Origin: Octopus bimaculoides
Taxonomy: Eukaryota
Assembly: GCF_001194135.2 (NCBI RefSeq)
Contig: NC_068999.1
Coordinates: forward strand, 7,806,681 to 7,854,143
Direction: 5' to 3'
DNA length: 47,463 bases
The position numbers and the translations under genes were made by a program. Every line of letters begins with the position of its first letter. The first letter of the stretch is position 1. Positions 33,820 through 46,359 of this stretch are shown here, piece by piece. The notes under the pieces were generated by a model. It was not told where the DNA came from, made no database searches, and saw nothing but the letters and a program-made list of their open reading frames with translations.

Positions 33820-34117
33820 TTATTCTCGCCTAATCATTTGACGAACCACCAGATTACGGAGATGAAAACGCACGAACACCAGTTGTCAAATGGTGAGGGT
33901 GGGACAAACACAGACAGAAAGACACCCACACATAGATATACATGTACATATATGTATACGACGGGCTTCTTCCTGTTTCCATCTTCAATAACCAGTCACA
34001 AGGCTTTAGTAGGTACGAGGCTATAGTAGAAAACGTTTGTCTAAGGTATCACGCAGTGGGACTGTACCCGGAACCATGTAGTTGTAATACATGCTTTTTG
34101 ACACACAACCATGCATA
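33820..34117 (-). mobile_element. SINE family A lacking its tail
   Basis: GTTGTCAAATGG...ACGACGGGCTTCTT...CACAAGGCTTTAG...CGCAGTGGGACTGTACCCGGAACCATG. Confidence 0.88.
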
Positions 34118-35751
34118 TTGAGCAACATAAATTCAGAATCTTCCAGAAGACAAAAAAGCAAAATCATTGAAACTGTAATCCGAATTACCTGACTAAAATA
34201 ATGTGATAAAACCAGGGGAACTATTTGAAACGTAACGCATTAAGTCACATAAAAACGAAATAAAACTCCTCATGCGCTGACTCGAGACAAATACCGATAA
34301 AAAACGAAAGGAAAGCGAATCAAATGCATTCGCAAATAGTTTTATCCTGTCGAAATCCCCCAATGCGCATTAAACTCTGTATTATTGCTAATCTGTATAG
34401 TTATTAGTAAATCAACAACACCGCATGGACACTCTGAATCATACGTCATAATAATGATCTCAAGTAATACGACCACACTTTAGCAGATTGCCTACACACC
34501 TATCAACATTGTTCTTTGAAAGCTAGTGCGGGAACACGCATACAAAAATATAGAAACAGGAAACACAAACTACACAGCCATTACAGAATTCATAACAATA
34601 ATCTTGTCTCTTTCCTTGCAGTGATGCAATACATGACGTCCAAAATCTGAAACTTGTATCTGACAAATTCGCTGATAAATCGCTAAAATATAACACGCCT
34701 TGGCGAAATAGCGCATGCCCCAGCGTTAAGTACTCATGCGAACATTGTCATTTTTCTGCTTTTTTTCAAGATTTTGAAAATAGGAAAAAAACTAACGCTT
34801 CTTTAAAAAAACTCATGCTGATGCAGCAACACGTTCCCTTTTGAATCATACTGTCCATCAACACAAAACATATTCTTATTTCGAACTCCCAATGGGAATT
34901 CCTGGCGCTATATTCGACCACTTCATATGTTACAAATGTGGCAGAGAAAGTCCACAATACATTCATCAACAAACTTCTACAATAACTGTCTAAATGTCGT
35001 TCATGCTATTTATTGCTTACTTACTCAGGAACGAAATATCAATCATCTTCGTAGGTAACTGTCTCTCTCAGATTGTCAACGACCTTCTGAACTTGGTTAC
35101 GAAGATATTTCTAACAAGCAATCTCTAAAACGTTTTACCGGGACACAACCTCTCGCAACGTTTTGTTTTTGTCTTATATTTTCAGGTTATTCCTAGGCTT
35201 CCACGAAATATTTCCTCATTTGTAGTAAACGTAGATAACATTATATAAATTATTGTCCAATCGCTGCCCAGATTTAGTTACACAGCTAATACAAACGATG
35301 CTTCAGTCATAAAGGAACCTGACTCTAAGCATATTGATTAAAACTAACACCTAACAAATCCACCTTTACTATTCTTATGAAAACAATAGCAAAAAACACG
35401 AGAAATAATAACCAACCAAGTTTAAATCATAAGTTTGCTGCCGTCAGAATGTTCCAAAATGCTGGGAGATAAAGACAACTACTGTGTAATATTTTTACGT
35501 TTTATTTGCTTCAGCTATTGGACAGGGGTTATACAGGGTCACCGCTTTGAATGGTTTTAGTGGAACAAAACGTAGTTATTTCTTTACGCATGGTAATTAC
35601 ACCATCGGTGTCTTTCTGATGAGCACTATATGTTACAAAAGATAAAGCAACTAAAAAGAGCAGATTGCTTTCATGACGTAATCCTAGTAATCTAATCATT
35701 CATCAATAAAAAGATGCAGCTGAAACAGCTGTTGTGCATCTTTCAACTCCA

Positions 35752-35942
<191 letters not shown>

Positions 35943-36526
35943 GGAATGAAATGAACGTTTTCCTCAATGTCTGCCAATGAAAGTATCACCAACAACGAAT
36001 CATTTCTAATCTTTTGTATGAAGTTATAAAATTACGAAATGCTGTAGTGAGATGTTATACTTATACGAAAAGCGAGGAGGACACAACATGATCTTGTAAC
36101 TTTTTAAATTTATGTATATTAATATAGCGATGCATCTGGGTAATTGTCTGAATGCAGGCATATAATGCAACGGCCAGTCTTGTATATCTCTTTGTTTAAA
36201 CGTTATTTCCAACAAAGGCATTATCACTATGAATTTGAGGTGCGTTCCGTTGAGAGAACAGGCATTAAGCCTGATGTAATTACGTAACATTTTGCTTATA
36301 AAAACTGGAGAATATGTTTTGTTTCTACTGGCTTTGGAATCAAAGAAAACTATGGGCAACTGTTAATCGTGTTTCCCTTAACAACGGTATGTCTATGAAA
36401 AATGCGTATTTCCAGTGTTTGGAAAAATCCTGGAAACAATGGAACGGTCACGGCGCATTATACCATCATATTTTTTGGTTTCTTACTTTTTAACTATTTT
36501 TGAGGATTAGTATTGTGCTGCGTATA

Positions 36527-36529
36527 ACG

Positions 36530-36574
<45 letters not shown>

Positions 36575-36575
36575 G
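36527..36575. repeat. (CTA)n microsatellite
   Basis: Direct reading. Confidence 0.97.
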
Positions 36576-36658
36576 ATAAAAAAAAATAATAATAGTATTT
36601 CTATATATAAACATACAGATGTATGCATATATATCTATATACAACATACACATATATA

Positions 36659-36694
<36 letters not shown>

Positions 36695-37599
36695 TATANN
36701 NNNNNNNNNNNNNNNNNNNNNNNNNNNNNNNNNNNNNNNNNNNNNNNNNNNNNNNNNNNNNNNNNNNNNNNNNNNNNNNNNNNNNNNNNNNNNNNNNNNN
36801 NNNNNNNNNNNNNNNNNNNNNNNNNNNNNNNNNNNNNNNNNNNNNNNNNNNNNNNNNNNNNNNNNNNNNNNNNNNNNNNNNNNNNNNNNNNNNNNNNNNN
36901 NNNNNNNNNNNNNNNNNNNNNNNNNNNNNNNNNNNNNNNNNNNNNNNNNNNNNNNNNNNNNNNNNNNNNNNNNNNNNNNNNNNNNNNNNNNNNNNNNNNN
37001 NNNNNNNNNNNNNNNNNNNNNNNNNNNNNNNNNNNNNNNNNNNNNNNNNNNNNNNNNNNNNNNNNNNNNNNNNNNNNNNNNNNNNNNNNNNNNNNNNNNN
37101 NNNNNNNNNNNNNNNNNNNNNNNNNNNNNNNNNNNNNNNNNNNNNNNNNNNNNNNNNNNNNNNNNNNNNNNNNNNNNNNNNNNNNNNNNNNNNNNNNNNN
37201 NNNNNNNNNNNNNNNNNNNNNNNNNNNNNNNNNNNNNNNNNNNNNNNNNNNNNNNNNNNNNNNNNNNNNNNNNNNNNNNNNNNNNNNNNNNNNNNNNNNN
37301 NNNNNNNNNNNNNNNNNNNNNNNNNNNNNNNNNNNNNNNNNNNNNNNNNNNNNNNNNNNNNNNNNNNNNNNNNNNNNNNNNNNNNNNNNNNNNNNNNNNN
37401 NNNNNNNNNNNNNNNNNNNNNNNNNNNNNNNNNNNNNNNNNNNNNNNNNNNNNNNNNNNNNNNTATATATATATATATATTTGTATACACACTCATCACT
37501 AAACGTGCGCTCTCATACACACATATCTATCATTAAAAGCGGACAGAAATATTTATGTATATTTGGAATTATACACACATATGTATGTGTCTTTTTCAG

Positions 37600-37774
37600 T
37601 GTGGAATAAGAAATGGACTTCCATATACGTTTACCAAAAACACTTCTGAGGGAAATGTCTCTTTGATGGCAAACACAAACCGTTGTGAAAACATTTTAAA
37701 ACCAAACCGTTATTCAATGAATGTTTTTACTTTCTGTTGGACAGCGCTGTGCTTCATTGTAAAGAAATAGTAAG
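37600..37774 (+). other. Candidate exon with strong splice signals
   Basis: Acceptor GTGTCTTTTTCAG; donors TA|GTAAGG (after 37769) and AAG|GTAAGA (after 37774). Frame 0 reads CGIRNGLPYTFTKNTSEGNVSLMANTNRCENILKPNRYSMNVFTFCWTALCFIVKK. Confidence 0.35.
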
Positions 37775-39452
37775 GTAAGAAAAAGAAAGAAAAAAACAAT
37801 GATCTCAGCTGTGCTTTTCATGAAGTATTTTTCATTGCAATGACATATAGACAGATACAATATTTTGCCGATTATATTGTTTATGAAAGAAGATTGTATA
37901 GATTGCTGTGTTTCTATTTTAAAAATCTATGTTTTCTTAAAATTTATCTCGTATTTTTCTTTCATGTAAAAAAAAAAAATCTCGCTCCGAAAGACTCTAT
38001 TGTCTCCCTCGTATATTTATTAAATATCAACATTTGTATTCGCTTAAGTCCGATGAAAATGCTTCGTGACAATATATCACAGAAATATTTCTTTACAGTA
38101 TTTTGTTTCCGTCACCTAAGACCTGGATTCAAACCTTGTAATAATTTCTATTGGTTTTATACATACGAGATAGACGTAAGAAATATCAGTAATAGAAAAC
38201 GACTGTCTTAAGCGATTAGCGTTTAAATATAATATACTTTAAGATGCTTAGAGCAGTGAGATTATATAAGCTTGTGGTAGTTTTCCAGTACGCAGTTTCA
38301 CACATCATAAGGTTTGTTTCAAACAGCGAGTGGTGCAACGCAGCTTTACTATTTATCTCACGAGGGTGGACCAGAAAAAAATTCTATTATGCTGATATCA
38401 AATTAAATGATTATACATTAATTAGGAAAGTTGATTATTTTATTGCTTTCGGAAAGGAAATTAATATTTTTCAAATGCTGGGTTGAAAGAATTGATAGTA
38501 CTTCGGAGAAAATATATTCTGCATTTTCATTTCGAAGCTCCGGTAAGATTTGCTTTGCTATAGTTACGAAGGAAAAAAAAGAAAAACTATATTCAGATAC
38601 TTTCTCATTCGTACGACGTGAATTAAAATACTGGTGATAATGCCTTTGTTGGTAATAACTGCTAAAGAAAGAGTTATACAGTACTGCCGAAAAAAAATTA
38701 TTTGTGGTCAAGTAACTGTTCAAAGCGTAGGCGGTATGATTTTAGCGCGGTGTTTCGGTGTGGGTGACTTTTAAGACTACTATTGCCCACGTGGCGAGTT
38801 AGATCGTGATGGAAAATAATAGGCGATAGGCGACGTGATGAAAGTCGACACGAGCTGGAGGGGNNNNNNNNNNNNNNNNNNNNNNNNNNNNNNNNNNNNN
38901 NNNNNNNNNNNNNNNNNNNNNNNNNNNNNNNNNNNNNNNNNNNNNNNNNNNNNNNNNNNNNNNNNNNNNNNNNNNNNNNNNNNNNNNNNNNNNNNNNNNN
39001 NNNNNNAAAAGCGATAAATTGGCAACGCAAAGAAGGCGGAATTATGTCGTGAATTTGGAAGCAACAAAAGTCCAATCGTAAAAAACGAAAGAGATAAAAA
39101 AGATAGAAAATAAATCCTTAGACTGGTGAATAAAAGAAGAACTGATCAAAAGAATCTACACAGTTCAGGTATAAATGAAAGAACTCTTTAAAAAAACTCT
39201 CTAAAGAACTGTTTATTTATTCCATAAATATTATTGGCCTCTTAATTAATGTTCTTGTATTTTGGTTATACTCAACGGTTTTGTTTGTTATTTTCAAATT
39301 TTCTGACTTCTTTGATTCCTGCTTCTTCCCGTTCTAATCAAGTTGGTTTGCTAATCTCGCCTACGCGGTCTTCTGAGCTCTCGGACACAGACTGTTGTGT
39401 CGTAGGTGGTTTGGGGAGACTGCGTATGGCGTAACAAATATATATATATATA

Positions 39453-39757
39453 CACGAGGTGGTCTCAAGAGGTTCACGGCAGCACACGGTTGGATGCTCT
39501 GTGAGAGCTAGCAGTGACCTTTATGAGGTACAATGCTGAGTGACATCGCTGTGTCTACTTCGAAAGTTGTGAAATTTGTATTTTGGGGATCACGGGAATG
39601 CCGTAGTCTGTGATTTTATCGTCGATAGAAACAGAGAGCCAGCCTGAAATCTTGCGTTAAACTTGAAAAGTTTGTTACAAAGGCATTGAGCATGATTTGG
39701 CAAGCTTACGTGGACGAGGCAACAGGTCGTACGCGATGTTTTGAGTGGCATGTGCGC
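39453..39757 (+). mobile_element. Mariner element 5' fragment, a different subfamily from the 24 kb copy
   Basis: TIR-like TA|CACGAGGTGGTCTCAAGAGGTT. 39629-39757 reads KQRASLKSCVKLEKFVTKALSMIWQAYVDEATGRTRCFEWHVR, matching the EQRANIKFCVKLGK..AYGDEA..CFEW HTH. Confidence 0.8.
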
Positions 39758-39764
39758 GCGTGAT

Positions 39765-39965
39765 TTTATGTTTGTATTTGTCCCTGCACCATTGCCTGAC
39801 AACCGTTGTTGGGGAGACCCCATTATAATTGTCGGTTAGCGAATGAGTGAATAAGGTCGAGACTTAAACAGAAGTACCGGTGTCGAGTTTCACGACTAAA
39901 CTTTTCAAGGTAGCGTTCCGCCATATTTGCAGTTGAATGACTGAAACAAGTAAAAGATGAATGAA
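39765..39965 (+). mobile_element. SINE family A 3' half
   Basis: TTTGTCCC...TGACAACCG...AATGACTGAAACAAGTAAAAGA. Confidence 0.8.
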
Positions 39966-40433
39966 TCGTTTTTTTTTTTTCAGTCGTATCTTCGTTACAG
40001 AATCTGTTTAGATCCGGGCTAATTACACCGCTTTGAACGCGAAGGAAAATGTAGTACCACAAAGATGAAATGAACTGTTAACGTTTCAGCCGATCGTCTG
40101 TTAATAATCTATGTATGCAGTAATCTGCTTTCTGAAAACCTTATACTTCATTTACACGTTGACATAAAGCGGTAAAAAGAAAAGTACCCCTTTGGGAAAG
40201 TTGCTTTCTAATTCCTTTTTATTTATTTGCTCTTCTATTTTTAACGGAACTACTTTAAATCTCATCTCTGTAAATAAATCTTTGGCAAACACATCTAATA
40301 TTAAATGTTTTTGTCACCTTGCAATTTAGGTCAACCAATATTTTTTTTTTTTTACCTTTTACGTTTATCATTCAACAGATAGATTAGTTCTGCTGACATC
40401 AACTTGTTTTGTATTATATTATACATTTTCTAG

Positions 40434-40526
40434 CTATGGCGGCCTACCGGCATTAGCGATTTGCGGTTTAGCGAACACCAGAAGCCAACACAGTGTATAA
40501 TTGTAGAAATTTCTTACTATTGTAAG
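40434..40526 (+). other. Candidate 93-nt symmetric exon
   Basis: Acceptor ATACATTTTCTAG and donor AAG|GTAATT. Fully open frame: LWRPTGISDLRFSEHQKPTQCIIVEISYYCK. Confidence 0.35.
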
Positions 40527-40939
40527 GTAATTATCACCGTTTTAAATGAACAAAATACACAGTAATGCTCCAGAAACTTCCAATATTATGTGAAATTTAT
40601 TCTCACATGATATTGCGATCTAAAGTCATTTATCGCCTCTTTTTTTCTTTTAATAAATTTGAGGAATTTGCTAAATCTCTCGTTATTGTTGTTGTTTATT
40701 TTATTAATCAGTTTATGTAGGAACATAAAGAAACCAACGAATTTATGTTGAAAGAATCTAGTGGTGGCTTTCAGTCATTCGACGATAACAATTCAACTGT
40801 TCTATCCTCTGAATTACGTGTGCTTCTGAACGAATAGGTAGATGACTATTTCACAGACATGTTTACTCAACTTAATTTTCATGCTGAATCACGTGACACA
40901 ATGTGTGACAAGGGTCTAACTATATGAATTAGACACATC

Positions 40940-41010
40940 CCATCCGACTGGTCTCTAATCAGTTTCCATCTACCCAATTTATCACTTCAAAATTAGCTCC
41001 AGCCCAGCAA
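40940..41010 (-). mobile_element. SINE family A small fragment
   Basis: TCAGTTTCCATCTACCCAATT resembles the reverse of GGATTTGGTAGACGGAAACTGA. Confidence 0.5.
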
Positions 41011-41719
41011 ACTTTTTAACCATTCGGCTTCAGTAACGTTGTAACAAGAAAACAGTTGGTTACATTACCTTTATCAATGATATAGAATTGTTCCTTAAAC
41101 GTAAAGGACAATGAGGTGGTTATTGAGCACGTCACTGCTACTAATATCCCAAAGCCAACCAATTCCTTGTAACGTTTAAAATTAATATCTATTTGTGTCA
41201 AATAAAAGTGTTCATTTGATTGTAAGTGAAGTTCATTTAATTCAAATCAAAGAATGGCTGTTCTAATTTTAGATTCATTTGTCTTAATTTGAAATTCATT
41301 TCTTTCAATTTGAAAGTCAGACGTTCATGGTTTGTAAAGTATATGCCACACGAATGATGGCATACACATCGAAAACTTGGAGTGGCAATGATGTGTAAGA
41401 AGAAACTCATCATGAGCGGTTATTAGATCTTTTCTTTCCCAAACACTCAAATCCTGATACAATCTTATAGCGCCGACGTTGTCACTTACGATGTCTTGCG
41501 TATTACAAACAGGGCGAAGCCCATTTGTCACCGCAATGGGTTTTCTTATTTTCAGAGAAGGGAGAAATTGAATAGGGAAAGGGAGAGAGGAGAAGAATCG
41601 ACCACACTATTTGCATAGTACTTAAATTATCAGCCTGGAAAGGTTAAAAAGCACAGTTAATCTCCGTAGGATTAGACTACAGATCAGGAACGAATATTGC
41701 AAAGACTTGTACCCGACGA

Positions 41720-43870
41720 TCTAATGATTCAGCCAACTTGCGAGCAATTGATTGGATACAAAACGGTCAGTGGGAAAATTTTAGTCACCAGATTACAGGG
41801 ACGATCCATTAATCTTACATTTCGCATTGCTCAGTGGTTAGACCATCGGGTTCACAACTATGAGATACTGAGTTCGATTCCCGAACCCAGCTGTTGTGTT
41901 GTGTTCTTCACGTTGCTCCACTTCACTCAGCTGTAGAAATGAGTTGCGACGTCACTGGTGCCAAGCTGTATCAGCCTTTACCTTTCCCTTGGGTAACATC
42001 GGTGGCATGGAGAGGGGAGACTAGTATGGATGAGCAACTGCTGGTCTTCCATAAATAATCTTGCCCGGACTTGGTCATTCATGACCAAAGGGGGTCGTTA
42101 GGGTTTTTACCCTTTATTCAACACCATTCGTCCACATTAGTAATTATAGAAGATGATAAGGAAAGATTCTTGAATCACATTTCTAAAATCATTATTAACT
42201 TGAAGCGGGAAGAAAATTTGTTGATTATGAAAGATCCGATGCAATGGTAGGTATGAAGGAAAAATCAAATATTTCTGGAAAAGGAAAGTATATGGAATTA
42301 TAATTATGGCAGCACATTCTATGTCCATCCGAAACACCTATTTTGAACAATCTTTGATACAGAAAATTTCGGTTCAGACTGCCAAAACTACGCCATGGGC
42401 TGATTATGGTAAACATTGCCAACCGTTCAGTTCTAAGATCAAATTAATATTTAATAAAATAGAAACGAAAAAAAAAAGCGTGGAAAGAACAGACTTTAAG
42501 AATTACCAGAATGTTATTGTGTGGCAGTTAAGAATCGATTTACAACTGTTAATGGTGTCTTGAGATACCCTGGAGCGTTATAGCCAGAAATGAATGGCAT
42601 TGTTTAAGAATCAGCAAGGAATCATCTTACGGTTGGGAAAGAATAAGAAGTACAAAATGGATTTTGGCAACAACAATAGAAATTGAATTAGAACGGCGGC
42701 AGTCAAAAGTAATTGCAGATATTAAGGCATTCAGAAGACTATGTAATGAATTCTAACGTGAAGCAGAAAGATAATAGCAATTCTTTGAAGAGGGTATTGT
42801 AAAATAACGGAAGAATATCAACAGAAAGTAAAGCAGCAAACCTCTTCAAGGAACTAAAAGAAAATAACGGAAACGTTCTGTCTAGAATCGGAATTCTAAA
42901 CTATAAAACTGGTGAAGGTGTGTGAAGAATGTACTATTATTGCTTCATAGAAAGAATACACGAGAGAGTTCTACGCATGAGTCGGTGTGTTCCGTGATGA
43001 TTTTACATCAAGGTTGTATGAAGTGGATGCGAATACAATGGAAATAATATTACGTTGGGCTATTTCTGACGTAACAAAAAAAAAGACATTAATTTCAAAT
43101 AACATTCCAACTGAACAATAACAAAGAACTAATGAATTTACTCGGATATGTTCTACTAAATTTTGAAAATTTATTTAGTATATTCACGATAGCTTAAAAA
43201 AATAGAGGATGATGGCTTATAACCCCATTTTAAAGTAAGGTGTTCTTCGGGAATTCAAGAATTTCAGGGTAGTTGTCTCTATGTGACACGTAAGTAAAAC
43301 TTCTGATGAATAGCCTTTAGTAAGAGCTGGCTTCAGGTAAGGTTCGGTGACAAGAAATGAAAAGAAATGTCAAAGCAGAGGTTGATAATGGAAACGCCTA
43401 AGGTGTACTAGAAGAATCTCAACTCGTGTTTCATCATTTACCACGAAATTCTTGTAGTGTAGCTCATCAAACACTATCAACGTTACCGACAGAAATATGT
43501 GTTACGGAGTTCTGTTCTGATACGAAACATTTATTCGGAACAACGACGGAATTGGTAAAAAAAAGAGGAAGCAAATTTTGGAGCACCAATACCTGCACAA
43601 TGTCTCTCGTAACTTGGACAATGTTCAACGATAATATTACAGCTCAGGACGAGATGAAATGTAGTGGCTCAAAATAGCAGCACAGATATATAACTCGTGC
43701 CTGACATACATAGATAAAAATACCATATTGCCGAAGAATGAAGAATGCCTGAGAAGATTGTGGGAAAAAGTAAGCCAAGGGTTTCAAAAGTCTGGTCTGA
43801 AAGTAAGCACCAAAGAAATTTTAAGTTATTTCAAATTCAAACTTGAAGGAATACAACAGTGGTGATCAGA
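41720..43870 (+). mobile_element. RTE (BovB-like) LINE fossil: APE endonuclease through RT, with many stops and frameshifts
   Basis: Collinear with BovB-type ORF2: LIGYKTVSGKILVTRLQGRSINLT, EDDKERF, DAMVGMKEKSNISGK, SIRNTYFEQ, SVQTAKTTPWADYG, NLFKELKENNG, RAGFR, and LKIAAQIYNSCLTYIDKNTILPKNEECLRRLWEKVSQGFQKSGLKVS (the YADD region). Confidence 0.88.
41823..42112 (+). mobile_element. SINE family D (tRNA head) nested in the RTE endonuclease region
   Basis: A box GCTCAGTGGTTAG, B box GAGTTCGATTCCC, body CACGTTGCTCCACTTCACTCAGCTGTAGAAATGAG, tail GGTCATTCATGACCAAAGGGGG. The RTE frame resumes after it. Confidence 0.9.
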
Positions 43871-43905
43871 TTGTAGAAAAACTTATACGAAATTTGAAGC
43901 ACTTC

Positions 43906-44052
43906 AAGGCGGTGAGTTGGAGGAATTAGTAGCACGGCAGATAAAATGCTTAGCAAGATATATTCCGCCTTAAGTTCATATACTAACTTGGGTCGACTTT
44001 GGCTTTCATCGTTTTAGGAGTGTTAAAAAAAAAACATTGAAGTACTGAGTCT
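43906..44052 (+). mobile_element. SINE family B, old 5' part
   Basis: AAGGCGGTGAGTTGG...AAATGCTTAGC...GGGTCGACTTTGGCTTTCATC. Confidence 0.75.
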
Positions 44053-44180
44053 ATTTAAACGTTTGACATTTCAAAACTACTGGTTGTGTCTAACTTATGT
44101 GTCGGATGGAAGTCTAATCGTTAGCGTGTCTGATAAAATCCCTTTTATTTTTTTCGAGCTGTCTGCTCAGCGAGCCAACG

Positions 44181-44218
<38 letters not shown>

Positions 44219-44528
44219 NNNNNNNNNNNNNNNNNNNNNNNNNNNNNNNNNNNNNNNNNNNNNNNNNNNNNNNNNNNNNNNNNNNNNNNNNNNNNNNNNN
44301 NNNNNNNNNNNNNNNNNNNNNNNNNNNNNNNNNNNNNNNNNNNNNNNNNNNNNNNNNNNNNNNNNNNNNNNNNNNNNNNNNNNNNNNNNNNNNNNNNNNN
44401 NNNNNNNNNNNNNNNNNNNNNNNNNNNNNNNNNNNNNNNNNNNNNNNNNNNNNNNNNNNNNNNNNNNNNNNNNNNNNNNNNNNNNNNNNNNNNNNNNNNN
44501 NNNNNNNNNNNNNNNNNNNNNNNNTGTA

Positions 44529-44563
<35 letters not shown>

Positions 44564-44574
44564 GTAAATATGTA

Positions 44575-44609
<35 letters not shown>

Positions 44610-44669
44610 TGTAATGTGTGTCTATATATATGTAATGTATAAAGTATCTCTGTGTGTGTGTGTCAGTGT

Positions 44670-44897
44670 ATCAATGTGTGTCTTTGCAACTCTGTCACCT
44701 TGTCTGTCGCTCGACAAGTGGTGCTGGTTTGTTTACGTTCCAGCACATTCTCAGTTGGTTCGGCAAAAAAACAAAAGAACAAAAAATAGGCACCAGGCTT
44801 AGAAATATATTGGTGCTTAATTGTTCCGCTAAAACACTTTAAAGCGGCGCTCCAGCATGACCATACGCCACTGTCTAAATCAACTAAAAAATAAAAG
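44670..44897 (+). mobile_element. SINE family A 3' half
   Basis: CGCTCGACAAGTGGTGCTGGTTTGTTTACG...GGTTCGGCAAAA...GCGGCGCTCCAGCATGACC. Confidence 0.8.
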
Positions 44898-45209
44898 TCT
44901 GCATCTGCTAATCTCAGATCAGAAGAATTGTGAATTCCCAACACGAACAATAACCAATCTTCACTCGCAAACTAATTATCTTTTCAGCGAAATAAATGAG
45001 TGTCATTGTTGTATTCACGTTGTGTTATCGTTCGCAATTAATATCTGCACTAAACATTGTATGTTTTATTTTTGATTAATGGTAATATTATTTTGTTAAG
45101 ACCAAGATTGGATATTTGTTAAAATCGGCCCCCTATGCAAATTAAATAACTGAATTATAACAGAAGGGCTAATTGAAAATTCTTGAGCTATACTAAAAGC
45201 TTTATATAT

Positions 45210-45347
45210 ATCTTCTTTTATTCTTTTAATTGTTTCAGTCAGTTGACTGCAGCCATGCTGGAGCACCGCCTTTAGTCGAACGAATCGACCCCAGGACTTA
45301 TACTTTTTTAAGCCTAGTACTTAATCTATCGGGGTCTTTTGCCGAAC
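45210..45347 (-). mobile_element. SINE family A 3' end, young
   Basis: TGTTTCAGTCAGTTGACTGCAGCCATGCTGGAGCACCGCCTTTAGTCGAAC...CGACCCCAGGACTTA...TCTATCGGGGTCTTTTGCCGAAC. Confidence 0.93.
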
Positions 45348-45500
45348 TCAGAACGTTTTGATGTATATAAGATCCAAAGGGAATATACGCCAACTGCGGA
45401 TGATACCAGGTAGCCCAGACGGTGTCAGTACTTTACTCAACACATAAACACACTAATTGACGTATACTCATTAGTCCAAAATATTACATATATACATACG

Positions 45501-45551
<51 letters not shown>

Positions 45552-46305
45552 NNNNNNNNNNNNNNNNNNNNNNNNNNNNNNNNNNNNNNNNNNNNNNNNN
45601 NNNNNNNNNNNNNNNNNNNNNNNNNNNNNNNNNNNNNNNNNNNNNNNNNNNNNNNNNNNNNNNNNNNNNNNNNNNNNNNNNNNNNNNNNNNNNNNNNNNN
45701 NNNNNNNNNNNNNNNNNNNNNNNNNNNNNNNNNNNNNNNNNNNNNNNNNNNNNNNNNNNNNNNNNNNNNNNNNNNNNNNNNNNNNNNNNNNNNNNNNNNN
45801 NNNNNNNNNNNNNNNNNNNNNNNNNNNNNNNNNNNNNNNNNNNNNNNNNNNNNNNNNNNNNNNNNNNNNNNNNNNNNNNNNNNNNNNNNNNNNNNNNNNN
45901 NNNNNNNNNNNNNNNNNNNNNNNNNNNNNNNNNNNNNNNNNNNNNNNNNNNNNNNNNNNNNNNNNNNNNNNNNNNNNNNNNNNNNNNNNNNNNNNNNNNN
46001 NNNNNNNNNNNNNNNNNNNNNNNNNNNNNNNNNNNNNNNNNNNNNNNNNNNNNNNNNNNNNNNNNNNNNNNNNNNNNNNNNNNNNNNNNNNNNNNNNNNN
46101 NNNNNNNNNNNNNNNNNNNNNNNNNNNNNNNNNNNNNNNNNNNNNNNNNNNNNNNNNNNNNNNNNNNNNNNNNNNNNNNNNNNNNNNNNNNNNNNNNNNN
46201 NNNNNNNNNNNNNNNNNNNNNNNNNNNNNNNNNNNNNNNNNNNNNNNNNNNNNNNNNNNNNNNNNNNNNNNNNNNNNNNNNNNNNNNNNNNNNNNNNNNN
46301 NNNNN

Positions 46306-46359
<54 letters not shown>

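Noticed and set aside
35015-35265. Minus-strand promoter and first exon (ATTGG, TATA-like, TGA|GTAAGT)
   Set aside because: CCAAT-TATA spacing is only about 8 nt and the motifs are common in AT-rich DNA; it also conflicts with equally good plus-strand signals.
36024-36359. 111-aa minus ORF (also 37840-38211 and 38418-38723)
   Set aside because: No homology recognised, composition typical of translated AT-rich non-coding DNA, and no convincing splice context.
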